The translations under genes were made by a program, and so were the position numbers. From contig OZ251992.1 in assembly GCA_965246885.1 (NCBI GenBank), forward strand, positions 1,184,001 to 1,248,000: 64,000 nt of DNA. The letters are read 5' to 3'. Positions within the stretch are counted from its first letter, which is position 1. Every line of letters begins with the position of its first letter. This document shows, piece after piece, positions 9,717 through 19,339 of the stretch. The notes beneath the pieces were generated by a model, which was not told the origin of the DNA, made no database searches, and saw only the letters and a program-made list of their open reading frames with translations. Origin of the DNA: Abditibacterium sp. (GTDB taxonomy: Bacteria > Armatimonadota > Abditibacteriia > Abditibacteriales > Abditibacteriaceae).

Positions 9717-11255
9717 TCAGCTTCCCGGGTGACTGTTGCCACCTTGCGCGAGGTGCGCGGCGGGGGTTACGCCGGGGGCCATTGGGCCGATGTAGTGGCG
9801 GGCGATGACAAGGTTATCCAAGAAGACGTGTTGGTCGTAGGGCGAGGGTTTGGTGCCGCCGTGATAGATGTCCATCCACAGCGCCTCGATTTTGAGGGCG
9901 TCGGTGGTGCGGAAGCGGATGTCGGTCTTCTCGAAGGCGAGGCGGCCATCCACCCACGCGCGAATGACGCCGTTCTTTTGCGTCGGGTCGTTGAGCCGGA
10001 CTTGCTGCTCGATGCAATACCACCGGTTGCGCTCCAACAGGCCGCGATTGCCGCGCGTCCACTTCCAGCCTTCGCCGTAGTTGGTGGGCATATCGGCGTT
10101 GTAGCAGTAGGAGCCGATGGGCGTTCGGCCCGCGAGGGGATTGCCTTCGGGGATGGTGAGGGCGAAGCCGCCGCGCGCCGACCAGCCATCCGTGCCGTGC
10201 GCTTTGCGACCGCCCCAACCCGCTCTGCCGTAGGTGCCGCTAAAGCCGGGCAATTTGCCGCCGTCAACGGTCTGATTCCAGTCGTCGCCCAAGCGCAGGT
10301 AGTAGCGGAAGAACATTTCCTGCGGCTCGGCTCCGGTGTGGCGCTTGAACCGCCACAGCATGGCGAGGGCGGTGTTGGTGCCTTGGGCGAGGTTCGCGCT
10401 CAGCGCCTTGCCTTGAAGTGGCACGAACTTCTGTCCGGCGCCCGCGCCAACGGTTTCGCTCGCACCGGGGTTGCCGATGTCCGACCAATCCCTACGCCAG
10501 TCGGGGGACTCGAAGCCGGAAAAGAAGACGACATCGGGGTCAGCCGCGATGCCTTTGTCGCCGGGGTAGCGCGCAGCCAAACCGGGCAAGGGTGCGGTGT
10601 CGGGAACATCGTTGTTTTCGCCGCAACGAAAGACGCCGATGCCCCCATCCGCGCCGCTTGTTTGCGCGTTGCTCCACAAGCGCAAGACAGCTTTGCCCCC
10701 CGCGCCTATGGGTTTTGCGCCGCTCAAATCGAAGCGGAGCAGGGCGTTGTTGGGCCGCGCCGAAACCTTGAGAACTTCGAGGTTGCCCAAGCTGCGAACG
10801 GTGGACGTTTCCAGATAGGTGTCCGCGACCGGCGCAAGCGTGGCGGCATCGCCGCCCGACAGCACCAACTGGGGGCGATGCGAGGCGTCCGCCGCTTCGC
10901 GGCTGGCGAACGCGAAACTGCCGCGCCCATCTACCATCCGCAGGAAGAAGCCGAGGTTGGCGCTCGTTCCGGCCTGCCACTCGCGCACAAGGGGCGTCAC
11001 GTCCCACTCGACAAAGGCGCCCTTTTGCGCGTTCGTGACGCGGGAGGTGGCGTAGGGAACGCTGCCTTGCGCGGTGTTCTTGGCGTCGCGCCAGTCGCCC
11101 ATCTTGTTCGCCCAAGGCAGAAAGGCGCCCCGGTTGTAGAACTCTTGCGACGCGCCGTCGTTGTGGCCCGCGACGCCTTCGGCCCAGTCGTTGGGGTCGG
11201 CGTGCGCGCAAGAGATGAACCCGGCAACCGCAAGCGCGGCGATGAGTGGTTTCAT
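9717..11255 (-). CDS. Secreted DNRLRE/CBM96-like domain plus PL14-like polysaccharide lyase
   Basis: Signal peptide; WDVTPLV...FASRE...RPQL and ADTY motifs; C-terminal GGKLPG, WYCIEQQV, WVDG, YHGG. Confidence 0.75.
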   Translation of the reverse strand: MKPLIAALAVAGFISCAHADPNDWAEGVAGHNDGASQEFYNRGAFLPWANKMGDWRDAKNTAQGSVPYATSRVTNAQKGAFVEWDVTPLVREWQAGTSANLGFFLRMVDGRGSFAFASREAADASHRPQLVLSGGDAATLAPVADTYLETSTVRSLGNLEVLKVSARPNNALLRFDLSGAKPIGAGGKAVLRLWSNAQTSGADGGIGVFRCGENNDVPDTAPLPGLAARYPGDKGIAADPDVVFFSGFESPDWRRDWSDIGNPGASETVGAGAGQKFVPLQGKALSANLAQGTNTALAMLWRFKRHTGAEPQEMFFRYYLRLGDDWNQTVDGGKLPGFSGTYGRAGWGGRKAHGTDGWSARGGFALTIPEGNPLAGRTPIGSYCYNADMPTNYGEGWKWTRGNRGLLERNRWYCIEQQVRLNDPTQKNGVIRAWVDGRLAFEKTDIRFRTTDALKIEALWMDIYHGGTKPSPYDQHVFLDNLVIARHYIGPMAPGVTPAAHLAQGGNSHPGS

Positions 11256-11324
11256 GGAATAAGGTATTTATACCTCGAATCCCGGTGCGCGGAAAGGCAA
11301 GAAAAGAAAGTGGAGGGCATTGCC

Positions 11325-12692
11325 TTAGCGGTTCACTTCGGCGGGAACGGGGGACGCGATGGGAGGGGGGATGAGGCCCTTGGCTTCGTAGATGGGGCGC
11401 ACGCCCGCGCGTAGAGAGGGCAGGTTGCGCCAGAACGCGGCAGCGGCGCACAGGGCGAGGACGCCCGACGCGAAAATGGTGGGCATCGGGCCGATTTTGT
11501 GCGACAAGGCGCCCGCGAGGAGGGAGCCGAAGGGCATGGTGCCTTGGAAGGACATGGCGAAGAACGACATGGCGCGGCCCCGCTTTTCGTCGGGCACGAG
11601 GGTTTGCATGAGCGTGTTGCACGCCGCCATTTGCACCATGAAGCCAAAACCCGCGAGCGGCATGAGCGCGATGGACAGCCACAAAGAGCGCGAGAAGGAG
11701 AAGGCAATTAGCCCGATTCCTAAGACCGACGTGGCGAAGGGGATGATGCGGCCCAAGCCGACGACCGACTTGCGCGCGGCCAAAAAGAGCGCCCCACCAA
11801 GGGCGCCGATGCCCGACGCGCCCATCAGGTAGCCCAAGGCGTGCGAGTCGCCCCCCAAGATGTTTTTGGCGACGGCGGGCATGAGGACGGTGTAGGGCAG
11901 GGAAAGTAGCGTGACGCCCGACATCAGCAGCAGAATGGCGCGCACTGGCGCGAAGCGCGAAACGTAGGCCCAGCCGTCTTGGAAGGAAGCGAGGGGAGAA
12001 AGGAGGTTTTTGGGCGCGGGTTGCGGCCCAACGCGCATCAGGAACATGGAGATGAGGACAGCGATGTAGGAGATGCCGTCGAGCAAGAAGCAGAACCCTT
12101 CGCCCGAAACGGCGATAATGGCGCCCGCCAAGGCTGGCCCGACGAGCCGCGCGGCGTTGACCATCGAGGAGTTGAGCGCGATGGCGTTGGGCAAGTCGGC
12201 TTTGTCCTCGACCAACTGCACCACGAACGCTTGGCGCGCGGGCATGTCAAGCGCGTTGATGGCGCCCTGAACGGCGCCCAAAAACAGGATGTGCGGGACG
12301 GTGATTTGGTGGCTAAGAGTCAGCGCCGCGAGCGCGAACGACTGGAGCATGGCGGCGGTCTGCGTCCACTTCAGGACGCGCAACTTGTTCAGCCGGTCAA
12401 TCCACACGCCCGCGAACGGGCCAAGCAAAAGCGCCGGAATCTGCGACACAAAGGCGACCGTGCCCAAAAGCAGCGTCGAACCGGTCAGCCGAAACACCAG
12501 CCACGACAGCGCCACGCTCGTCATCCAGTTGCCCACGAGGGAAATGATCTGCCCGCAAAAGAACAAACGATAATTGGGCGAGCGCAGCGCCCGCGTCATC
12601 CACGCGAAATCCATAAAGTTCCTGACGGCGGGTTTGGGGCCGGGGGCTTCACTTTTGAACGCCTTGCCAGAAAATGGGCTATTCGTCTTCAT
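11325..12692 (-). CDS. MFS transporter (MFS_3/DHA3-like)
   Basis: ~12 TM helices; NYRLFFCGQIISLVGNWM, DMPARQAFV, NAIALNS. Confidence 0.92.
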   Translation of the reverse strand: MKTNSPFSGKAFKSEAPGPKPAVRNFMDFAWMTRALRSPNYRLFFCGQIISLVGNWMTSVALSWLVFRLTGSTLLLGTVAFVSQIPALLLGPFAGVWIDRLNKLRVLKWTQTAAMLQSFALAALTLSHQITVPHILFLGAVQGAINALDMPARQAFVVQLVEDKADLPNAIALNSSMVNAARLVGPALAGAIIAVSGEGFCFLLDGISYIAVLISMFLMRVGPQPAPKNLLSPLASFQDGWAYVSRFAPVRAILLLMSGVTLLSLPYTVLMPAVAKNILGGDSHALGYLMGASGIGALGGALFLAARKSVVGLGRIIPFATSVLGIGLIAFSFSRSLWLSIALMPLAGFGFMVQMAACNTLMQTLVPDEKRGRAMSFFAMSFQGTMPFGSLLAGALSHKIGPMPTIFASGVLALCAAAAFWRNLPSLRAGVRPIYEAKGLIPPPIASPVPAEVNR

Positions 12693-13305
12693 CGGCGTCA
12701 AAGGGCAGTTCCAGAGTCAGCACGCCTTCGGGAATATCCAAGAACAAATAAAACTCCTCGACCGGAATCTCCAGTTGGCGGCAAACCAAATGGATGCTTT
12801 GGCTCCGATTTAAGTAGCGGCGGAAAAGCCAATCTGTTTCGCTTTGGCGGGCGTAGTGTTCGATTTGCACCATATTCGGCCACACGATGAGGTAGTCCAG
12901 AAGAGACGGGAGCGCTTGGTAGGCCGCGAGTTTGGCGCCGCGATCCTTATTCCGCGTGGACGGCGACAACACTTCAATGAGGATGTGCGGATTGAGCAGC
13001 ACGTGTGTCCAGCGCGGGTCGAACTGCTCGTTCTCGCACGAAACGACGACATCGGGCAACGTGAAAATCTGCTCTGCCGTTTTTACCTTTTGGTCGCTGG
13101 TCGTTATCTCACAGCCCTTGCCCAACAAGCGGCTTGTTAACGAGTAAGCGATGCGATTGACGATGCGGCTATGGCGGGGAACGGCGGTCGCCATCGCCAC
13201 GATGGTACCGTTCCAGAACTCATATCTGGTGTCGCTATCGGTTTCTTCGAGGGCAAAGTATTCGTCTTCCGTTGCCAGTTGTTCAATTCGGTTCGGTTGT
13301 GCCAT
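12679..13305 (-). CDS. Uma2 family endonuclease (DUF820)
   Basis: RYEFWNG, H..I, PDVVV, IEVLSPSTRNKDRGAK...Y motifs. Confidence 0.92.
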   Translation of the reverse strand: MAQPNRIEQLATEDEYFALEETDSDTRYEFWNGTIVAMATAVPRHSRIVNRIAYSLTSRLLGKGCEITTSDQKVKTAEQIFTLPDVVVSCENEQFDPRWTHVLLNPHILIEVLSPSTRNKDRGAKLAAYQALPSLLDYLIVWPNMVQIEHYARQSETDWLFRRYLNRSQSIHLVCRQLEIPVEEFYLFLDIPEGVLTLELPFDADEDE

Positions 13306-13313
13306 AACGCACA

Positions 13314-13323
13314 AGTTTAAACT
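13314..13323. promoter_or_regulatory. Overlapping divergent -10 boxes (palindrome AGTTTAAACT)
   Basis: Only 28 bp separate the divergent Uma2 and ilvE starts; TAAACT reads on both strands, 8 and 10 nt before the ATGs. Confidence 0.55.
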
Positions 13324-13333
13324 GGCTCCCAGC

Positions 13334-14230
13334 ATGAATCCCGAACTGCGAATCTACCTTGATGGCGAACTGGTGCCCGCGCGCGACGCGAAAATCAGCG
13401 TGTATGATCACGGCTTCCTGTATGGCGATGGCGTTTTCGAGGGGCTGCGCGTGTATAACCGCCGCATCTTCCGCCACGACGCGCATTTGAAGCGGCTCTA
13501 CCGGAGCGCCAAGGCGATTTGGTTGGAGCCGACGCTCTCAATGTCTGAGATGAAGGCGGCGACCGAGCGCACCGTCGCGGCGAACCGCATCGAGAACGGT
13601 TACATTCGCGCCATCTTCTCGCGCGGCTTCGGCGATTTGGGCCTCGACCCGCGCAAATGCCCGACGCCCACGACGGTCATCATCGCCGATGCCATCAAGC
13701 TCTATCCGCCCGAAGTCTATTCCGAGGGCATGGAAGTCATCACCGTCTCCACCCGCCGCAACCGGCACGACGTCTTAGGCTCGCAAATCAAGTCGCTCAA
13801 CTACCTCAACAACATCCTCGCCAAAATCGAGTGCATCCGCGCGGGCGTGCCGGAGTGCATCATGCTGAACACCAATGGCCTCGTCGCCGAGTGTTCGGGC
13901 GATAATATCTTCATCGTCCACGAAGACTATGTGGGCAACGTCGAACTGCGCACGCCGCCCGTCAGCGCGGGCAGTTTGGAAGGCATCACACGCGACGTAG
14001 TGATTGAACTGGGCCGCAAACTAGGCCTTTCGGTTGTCGAGAAAGACTTGACTCTCTTCGACCTTTATAACGCGCGCGAAGCGTTTCTCACCGGCACGGC
14101 GGCGGAAGTGGTGCCTGTCACGCGCCTCGATATGCGCGACATCGGGGACGGCAAACCCGGCCCCATCACGGGGCAACTGATGGCGGCTTACGCCGAACTG
14201 CGCAACTCCGAAGGCGAGCCGGTTTTCTAA
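13334..14230 (+). CDS. ilvE: Branched-chain amino acid aminotransferase
   Basis: DHGFLYGDGVFEG, KSLNYLNN, LEGITR, FLTGTAAEV. Confidence 0.95.
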   Translation: MNPELRIYLDGELVPARDAKISVYDHGFLYGDGVFEGLRVYNRRIFRHDAHLKRLYRSAKAIWLEPTLSMSEMKAATERTVAANRIENGYIRAIFSRGFGDLGLDPRKCPTPTTVIIADAIKLYPPEVYSEGMEVITVSTRRNRHDVLGSQIKSLNYLNNILAKIECIRAGVPECIMLNTNGLVAECSGDNIFIVHEDYVGNVELRTPPVSAGSLEGITRDVVIELGRKLGLSVVEKDLTLFDLYNAREAFLTGTAAEVVPVTRLDMRDIGDGKPGPITGQLMAAYAELRNSEGEPVF

Positions 14231-14290
14231 ACCGCCCCAAAAGGGGAACCTAACGGCGGCGGGAGATTTCTGTCTTTGGTGGCTGAACTC

Positions 14291-15031
14291 ATGTGCGAAG
14301 AATGTGGATTGAACCGGGTGGAGTTGCGCGTGATGCGCCTCGTCGGGAACAAGACGAGGATGTGCCTGTTGTGCCTCGATTGCGCGAGCCAATACGCCGC
14401 GCCTTCGCCCCCTTGGGACGCGGAGGGCGACCCGCTCGCGGCGTTGGGATTCCGCGCCTCCGGTGACGACTTGGACGAGCAGATTTCGGGCGCGCCGTTC
14501 GAGGCGCTCATGAACGCCTGCTTTGCCCGCGAAGGCTTCAACCCCGATGAAGACGAGTTCTCCGAGGGCAACTGGAGCGACGACGAAGACTCCTTTGCCG
14601 ACGATGAGCCGCTCGAAAGCGATGACCCGAACGACTCCGACCCCTTTGCCGATGACGCCGCTCTTGCGCCCGATGCCAACTTGTTCCGCCAGTTGGACGC
14701 CGCTCCCCCCGAAGCGGACGCCGTTTGCTCCGGTTGCGGCGCCTCGTGGGAGCAGATCGCCCTCGACGAGCGCGTCGGGTGCGCCCGCTGCTACGCGACT
14801 TTCCGCGCGAGCCTCGCGGCCTTGTTGGAGCAAGTGCAACGGCAAGCTCTTCACCGGGGCAAAACCCCGCGCGCCGCGCGTCAACGGGAACTTCGCCGCG
14901 AGCACCTCGAAAAGCGCCGCGAGCATCAACTCGCCCTTCTGCGCAACCGCTTATCCGACGCCGTCCAAGCCGAGCGCTACGAGGAAGCCGCCACCCTGCG
15001 CGACCGCATCAAGGCAGTTTCGGAGAATTAG
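14291..15031 (+). CDS. mcsA: McsA-like activator (CxxC motifs plus UvrB/C motif)
   Basis: CEEC, CLDC, CSGCG, GCARCY, HRGKTP, ERYEEAATLRDRI; abuts mcsB. Confidence 0.85.
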   Translation: MCEECGLNRVELRVMRLVGNKTRMCLLCLDCASQYAAPSPPWDAEGDPLAALGFRASGDDLDEQISGAPFEALMNACFAREGFNPDEDEFSEGNWSDDEDSFADDEPLESDDPNDSDPFADDAALAPDANLFRQLDAAPPEADAVCSGCGASWEQIALDERVGCARCYATFRASLAALLEQVQRQALHRGKTPRAARQRELRREHLEKRREHQLALLRNRLSDAVQAERYEEAATLRDRIKAVSEN

Positions 15032-16123
15032 ATGCTCCTTTCCCGACTGGATAAAACCGCGCGTTGGATGAAACGCGGCGGGCGCGAAGAGGATGTCGTG
15101 CTTTCCTCGCGCGTTCGGCTGGCGCGCAACTTCGCGCGCTTCTCCTTTCCGCACCGCGCCGGAGAGGACGAACTGCTGCGCGTGCGCGCCGGCGTGTTAG
15201 AAGCGCTGGGTGCCGTCGCCGATGCCGCGCCCGATTCTTTGCTCGTCCTGCCTTTCGAGGAGTTCTCGCCAACCGAGCGCCGCTCGCTGGTTGACCGTCA
15301 CCTTTCCTCGCGCGAACACGTGCGCGCCGAAGTGGGACGAGCGCTTGTCACCACCGCCGACGGCGCTTTCTCGGTGCAAGTCAACGAAGAAGACCACTTG
15401 CGCTTGAGCGCCGTGTTGCCCGGACTGCAACTCGACGCGGCGCTACGCCTATGCGACGCCGTAGACGACGCTCTCGAAGCGCACTTCGACGGCGGCAACG
15501 ACTACGCCTTCGACCCCGAATTTGGCTTCTTGACCGCGTGCCCGACCAACGCCGGAACGGGCCTTCGCGCGTCGGCCATGCTCCACCTGCCCGCGCTTTG
15601 TTTGTTGGGCGAACTGCATGAGGCCCGCGCGTGGGCGCTGGAGCGCGGCTTTATCTTGCGCGGCACAAGCGGCGAAGGCTCCGATGTCGCGGGGCACTTG
15701 GAACAATTGTCCAATCAGTCCACCCTCGGCCAAGACGAAGCCGACATCGCCATCGAGATCGAGTTCGCCGCCCGCGAGTTGGCGACCCGCGAACGCGACG
15801 CGCGCGCGCGCCTCATCCAAGAGCAGCCAGTCCACACCCGCGACTTGGTGGGTCGCGCGTATGGCATCGCCCGCTTCGCGCGCCGCATCGGAAGTGTTGA
15901 AGCCACGCACGCCCTCTCGTTGCTGCGTTTGGGGCACGAATTGGGTTGGATGAAGGGCTTGCCGCGCCAGCGTTTCAACGAACTGAGCGTGTGGATGCGC
16001 CCCGATTACCTCAGCGTCTTGCACTCGCGCCCGCTCAACCGCTCCGAGCGCGCCGAACTGCGCGCCGACTTGCTCCATGTTCACGTCGGGAAGGTCAAAC
16101 TGGAAGCCGCTTTCGAGCAATAA
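15032..16123 (+). CDS. mcsB: Protein arginine kinase (ATP:guanido phosphotransferase)
   Basis: SSRVRLARN, NEEDHLR, LTACPTNAGTGLRAS. Confidence 0.92.
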   Translation: MLLSRLDKTARWMKRGGREEDVVLSSRVRLARNFARFSFPHRAGEDELLRVRAGVLEALGAVADAAPDSLLVLPFEEFSPTERRSLVDRHLSSREHVRAEVGRALVTTADGAFSVQVNEEDHLRLSAVLPGLQLDAALRLCDAVDDALEAHFDGGNDYAFDPEFGFLTACPTNAGTGLRASAMLHLPALCLLGELHEARAWALERGFILRGTSGEGSDVAGHLEQLSNQSTLGQDEADIAIEIEFAARELATRERDARARLIQEQPVHTRDLVGRAYGIARFARRIGSVEATHALSLLRLGHELGWMKGLPRQRFNELSVWMRPDYLSVLHSRPLNRSERAELRADLLHVHVGKVKLEAAFEQ

Positions 16124-16126
16124 ACC

Positions 16127-16396
16127 ATGTCTGAACTCAATCCAAACACCGAACCCAAGCTCAAACTCACCGTTGCGCGCAATGGCCCGCTCCGCATCCA
16201 AGGCGCAGGCGAACTGCTCGCGTCGGGCGAACTTCAAATCGCGTGGAACGACGGCGAAGCCGTCACCCCCGCCAACCCCAACGCTTTCACCATCTGCCGG
16301 TGCGGTGCCAGCGCGAGCAAGCCGTTCTGCGACGGCTCGCATTCCAAAATGGGCTTCGACATCGCTGCCCAAGCCGTGCCCGAATCGAAGGAGTGA
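16127..16396 (+). CDS. CDGSH iron-sulfur domain protein
   Basis: NGPL...ICRCGASASKPFCDGSH. Confidence 0.92.
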   Translation: MSELNPNTEPKLKLTVARNGPLRIQGAGELLASGELQIAWNDGEAVTPANPNAFTICRCGASASKPFCDGSHSKMGFDIAAQAVPESKE

Positions 16397-16417
16397 GCGC
16401 CGCGCCCCTTGCCCGCC

Positions 16418-17209
16418 ATGCTCCTTACCCTCGACATCGGCAACACCAACCTGTCCGCCGGGTTGTTCGACGGCGCCCATTTAGTCCAAACATGGCGCTT
16501 TGCCACGCGGCGCGACGCGACGGGTGATGAACTGGGCGCGCTTTTCTACGCGGCCATGCGCGCGCGGGGCGTGCTGTTTGATGCCGTCCAAGGGCTGTGC
16601 TTGTGCTGCGTCGTGCCGTCGCTGTCCTCGCCCGCGCGCTTTTTCGGGCGCGAATACCTCCATGTGGCGCCGCTCGAAATCGGGCGCGGCTTCGACTGCG
16701 GGTTGGGCAACGCTTACGAAGACCCGCACGCCGTTGGCGCTGACCGCTTGGTCAACGGCGTGGCGGCGCGCGCCATCGCCGGAGGTCGCGCGGTCGTCGT
16801 CGCGGACTTCGGTACCGCCACAACGGTGGATGCGGTTTCTGCCGATGGCACCTACTTGGGCGGCGCCATTGCGCCGGGGGTTGGCATTTCGTCTGACGCC
16901 CTGTTTTCTGCCGCCGCGAAGTTGCCGCGCGTCGAACTGCTTGCGCCGCCGCGCGCCCTCGCCACCAACACGACGCACTCGGTTCAGGCCGGTCTCGCTT
17001 TCGGCTACGCGGGGTTAACTAAGGAACTCGTCGCGCGCATCGCGGCGGAAGTCATAGAGCGCGAGGGAAACGCGCCGCTCGTGTTGGCAACGGGCGGTTT
17101 GGCAGAGCTAATCGCCCCGCTTGTCCCCCAAATCGAGCGCGTCGAGCCGGACTTAACCTTGCAGGGCTTGCGTTTGCTGTGGGAGCGCACAAGAAACGGC
17201 GGCGGTTGA
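16418..17209 (+). CDS. coaX: Type III pantothenate kinase
   Basis: LDIGNTN, VGADRL, DFGTATT, ATGG. Confidence 0.95.
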   Translation: MLLTLDIGNTNLSAGLFDGAHLVQTWRFATRRDATGDELGALFYAAMRARGVLFDAVQGLCLCCVVPSLSSPARFFGREYLHVAPLEIGRGFDCGLGNAYEDPHAVGADRLVNGVAARAIAGGRAVVVADFGTATTVDAVSADGTYLGGAIAPGVGISSDALFSAAAKLPRVELLAPPRALATNTTHSVQAGLAFGYAGLTKELVARIAAEVIEREGNAPLVLATGGLAELIAPLVPQIERVEPDLTLQGLRLLWERTRNGGG

Positions 17210-17477
17210 ACGAGGGACGTCCGCCATCGGACGAGGGACGTCCGCCATCGGACGAGGGACGTCCGCCATCGGACGAGGGACGTCCGCCATCGGACGAGGG
17301 ACGTCCGCCATCGGACGAGGGACGTCCGCCATCGGACGAGGGACGTCCGCCATCGGACGAGGGACGTCCGCCATCGGACGAGGGACGTCCGCCATCGGAC
17401 GAGGGACGTCCGCCATCGGACGAGGGACGTCCGCCATCGGACGAGGGACGTCCGCCATCGGACGAGGGACGTCCGCC
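17210..17477. repeat. Perfect 21-bp tandem repeat (12 full copies plus one partial)
   Basis: Unit acgagggacgtccgccatcgg repeated head-to-tail without spacers. Confidence 0.97.
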
Positions 17478-17543
17478 GCGCGAGGAATTTCCCTCGCTGA
17501 GCGGCGAGAAACCGCGCTCGCGGGAAGAAAGAGGTCACTGCTG

Positions 17544-19334
17544 ATGTCATCGTTGCTACTCCCGCCGCCGCTCGCGCCTTGGGCGCCGATGCTCGAACTG
17601 TTCCCGACCGAGTCGGCGCTCGCGCTCGGCCCACTTTTGCGGCGCTTAGAAGGGTTTATCGGCCCCCTGCGCGCCCATCCGCAAAGCGGGAGCATGGAGC
17701 CGGACGGCTTCGACGGCCTCGCGCGGCGCGGCAGTTTGGAGCGATTGCTCCTGTCCGAATGGCTGTTGCTCGAAGAGGCGCCCTTGGAGTTTTTGCGGCG
17801 CTTCTCGCAGGGGGAAAGCGGGTATTTGCAACTGGCGCGGCGCGATCCGACGGCGGCGCGCGCATCATTAGTGCTTCTCGATTGTGGGCCGGACGCGCTC
17901 GGCGGGCCGCGCTTGGTGCAATTGGCGGCGCTACTGGTGCTATCGCGGCGCGCGCAAAACGCGGGCGCAAGTTTTCGTTGGGGCGCGTGGCAAAAGCCGG
18001 GGCAGTGGCAGGAGGCCGTGAGCCGCGACGCGTTGGAATGGTGGCTCGGCTTGCGGCGCGAGGGCGAGCCGACGCCGCACGAGCGCGCCGCGTGGGAGGA
18101 GGCGTGGCAAGCCGAGGGCGCCGATTTTGGCAACGATGAACTGTGGCTTCTCGGCTCTCCCGCCTTGTGCCCGCTCGTTCCGCCGCGAGCGCGCTTCTTG
18201 GAACTGCGCGACGAGTTAGACCCGCACGCGCCCAATCGCGCAGTGGAAACGCTACTCGATGGCCGGACGCTGCGCCTCGAACTGCCCGAAGATGCCATTG
18301 GCGCGCGCTTATTGCGCGACCCCTTCACGCAGACAAGCGCCGCCAAAACGGGCGATAAGAACTCCTTCCCCATCCCGCCGCTCGACCAAGGTTTGGTGTG
18401 GGCGCACTCCGGTTGGAAACTTTTCGCGCGCGCCAAGGACGGCGCGTTGCTGACGTTTTCCGTTCCCAACTCGCCCAACGCCGCCGTCGGCCCGCCCAAA
18501 CAGCACGCCAAAACAGTGGGCACGTTCGTCGCCGTAGGCCGAGTCGGACGCGCGACAGTCGCGGCGTCGCTGCTGCCAGCGAAAGACGGGGAAGACGCCC
18601 GGATGCGCTTCTCGGCGTGGGGCCGGGGTTCGGATGAGTGGGATGGGGCGACGTTTGACTTCGACGACTCGGTCACAGAAGCCATGCCCTACTTCATGCA
18701 TCAGAAGCCACTGGGCAAGGTGTTGGGCGTGGGAGTTGGAAACGGAGTGGCGCTGTGGCTTGCGGAGCGGCAATTGTTCATCGCAACGCGCGGCGAGAGG
18801 GAGTTGAGCACTCAATCCACCGGTGTGCGCGGCGTGGCGCTCCGTAACAGCGTTGTCGAGGTGCTGCGAACAACGAGGGGAGCCGCCGAAATGGTTCAAC
18901 TCACGGCGCAATATCCGCGCGAACTCACCCCGGCGCGCACCACGATTTCTCTGCCCGTGCCGCCCATTACAGATGCCCATGCTGGTTGGAGTGGGCGACC
19001 GGACGCGGTGCTGTGGGCGCTCGGCCAGCCCGATGGGAAGTGGACGCTCCAAACGCCTGCCGCTTCGAGCGAGGTGCGCGTGGATGCGGCGCGTTCGGTT
19101 GTCGGTTGCCTGTTCGATGGGAGCGAGATGGGGTTGCTGATACACACGGTGGGCGAGCGGGAGTTGTCGCTGCAAGGCGCGGCGAGCGAGCGGCGCTTGT
19201 TCCGCTTTTCTTCGCCGATTACGTCAGTCGCGGCGTGCCCGTTCGCGCCCTTGGTGGCGGTGCAGGGCGAAGAGGAGGTGGGCGTGTGGTCGCTTCCGCA
19301 CGGCGGCTGGCTGTTGCGGGCGCGGGTGGAGTGA
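17544..19334 (+). CDS. vWA-beta-propeller component of MoxR-vWA-beta-propeller ternary conflict system
   Basis: LAPWAPML..., EPDGFDGLARRGSLERLLLSEWLL.EEAPLEFLRR, LLDCGPDALGGPRLVQLAALLVLSRRA; beta-rich C-terminal half. Confidence 0.75.
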   Translation: MSSLLLPPPLAPWAPMLELFPTESALALGPLLRRLEGFIGPLRAHPQSGSMEPDGFDGLARRGSLERLLLSEWLLLEEAPLEFLRRFSQGESGYLQLARRDPTAARASLVLLDCGPDALGGPRLVQLAALLVLSRRAQNAGASFRWGAWQKPGQWQEAVSRDALEWWLGLRREGEPTPHERAAWEEAWQAEGADFGNDELWLLGSPALCPLVPPRARFLELRDELDPHAPNRAVETLLDGRTLRLELPEDAIGARLLRDPFTQTSAAKTGDKNSFPIPPLDQGLVWAHSGWKLFARAKDGALLTFSVPNSPNAAVGPPKQHAKTVGTFVAVGRVGRATVAASLLPAKDGEDARMRFSAWGRGSDEWDGATFDFDDSVTEAMPYFMHQKPLGKVLGVGVGNGVALWLAERQLFIATRGERELSTQSTGVRGVALRNSVVEVLRTTRGAAEMVQLTAQYPRELTPARTTISLPVPPITDAHAGWSGRPDAVLWALGQPDGKWTLQTPAASSEVRVDAARSVVGCLFDGSEMGLLIHTVGERELSLQGAASERRLFRFSSPITSVAACPFAPLVAVQGEEEVGVWSLPHGGWLLRARVE

Positions 19335-19339
19335 ATCAT

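Noticed and set aside
17210..17477. Possible CRISPR array
   Set aside because: Identical 21-bp units abut with no unique spacers, and no cas genes are present
17005..18685. Repeat-derived ORFs (MADVPRP, RWRTSLV, DEGRPPS repeats)
   Set aside because: Open only because the repeat has no stops in those frames; they overlap coaX or the vWA gene, with no evidence of translation
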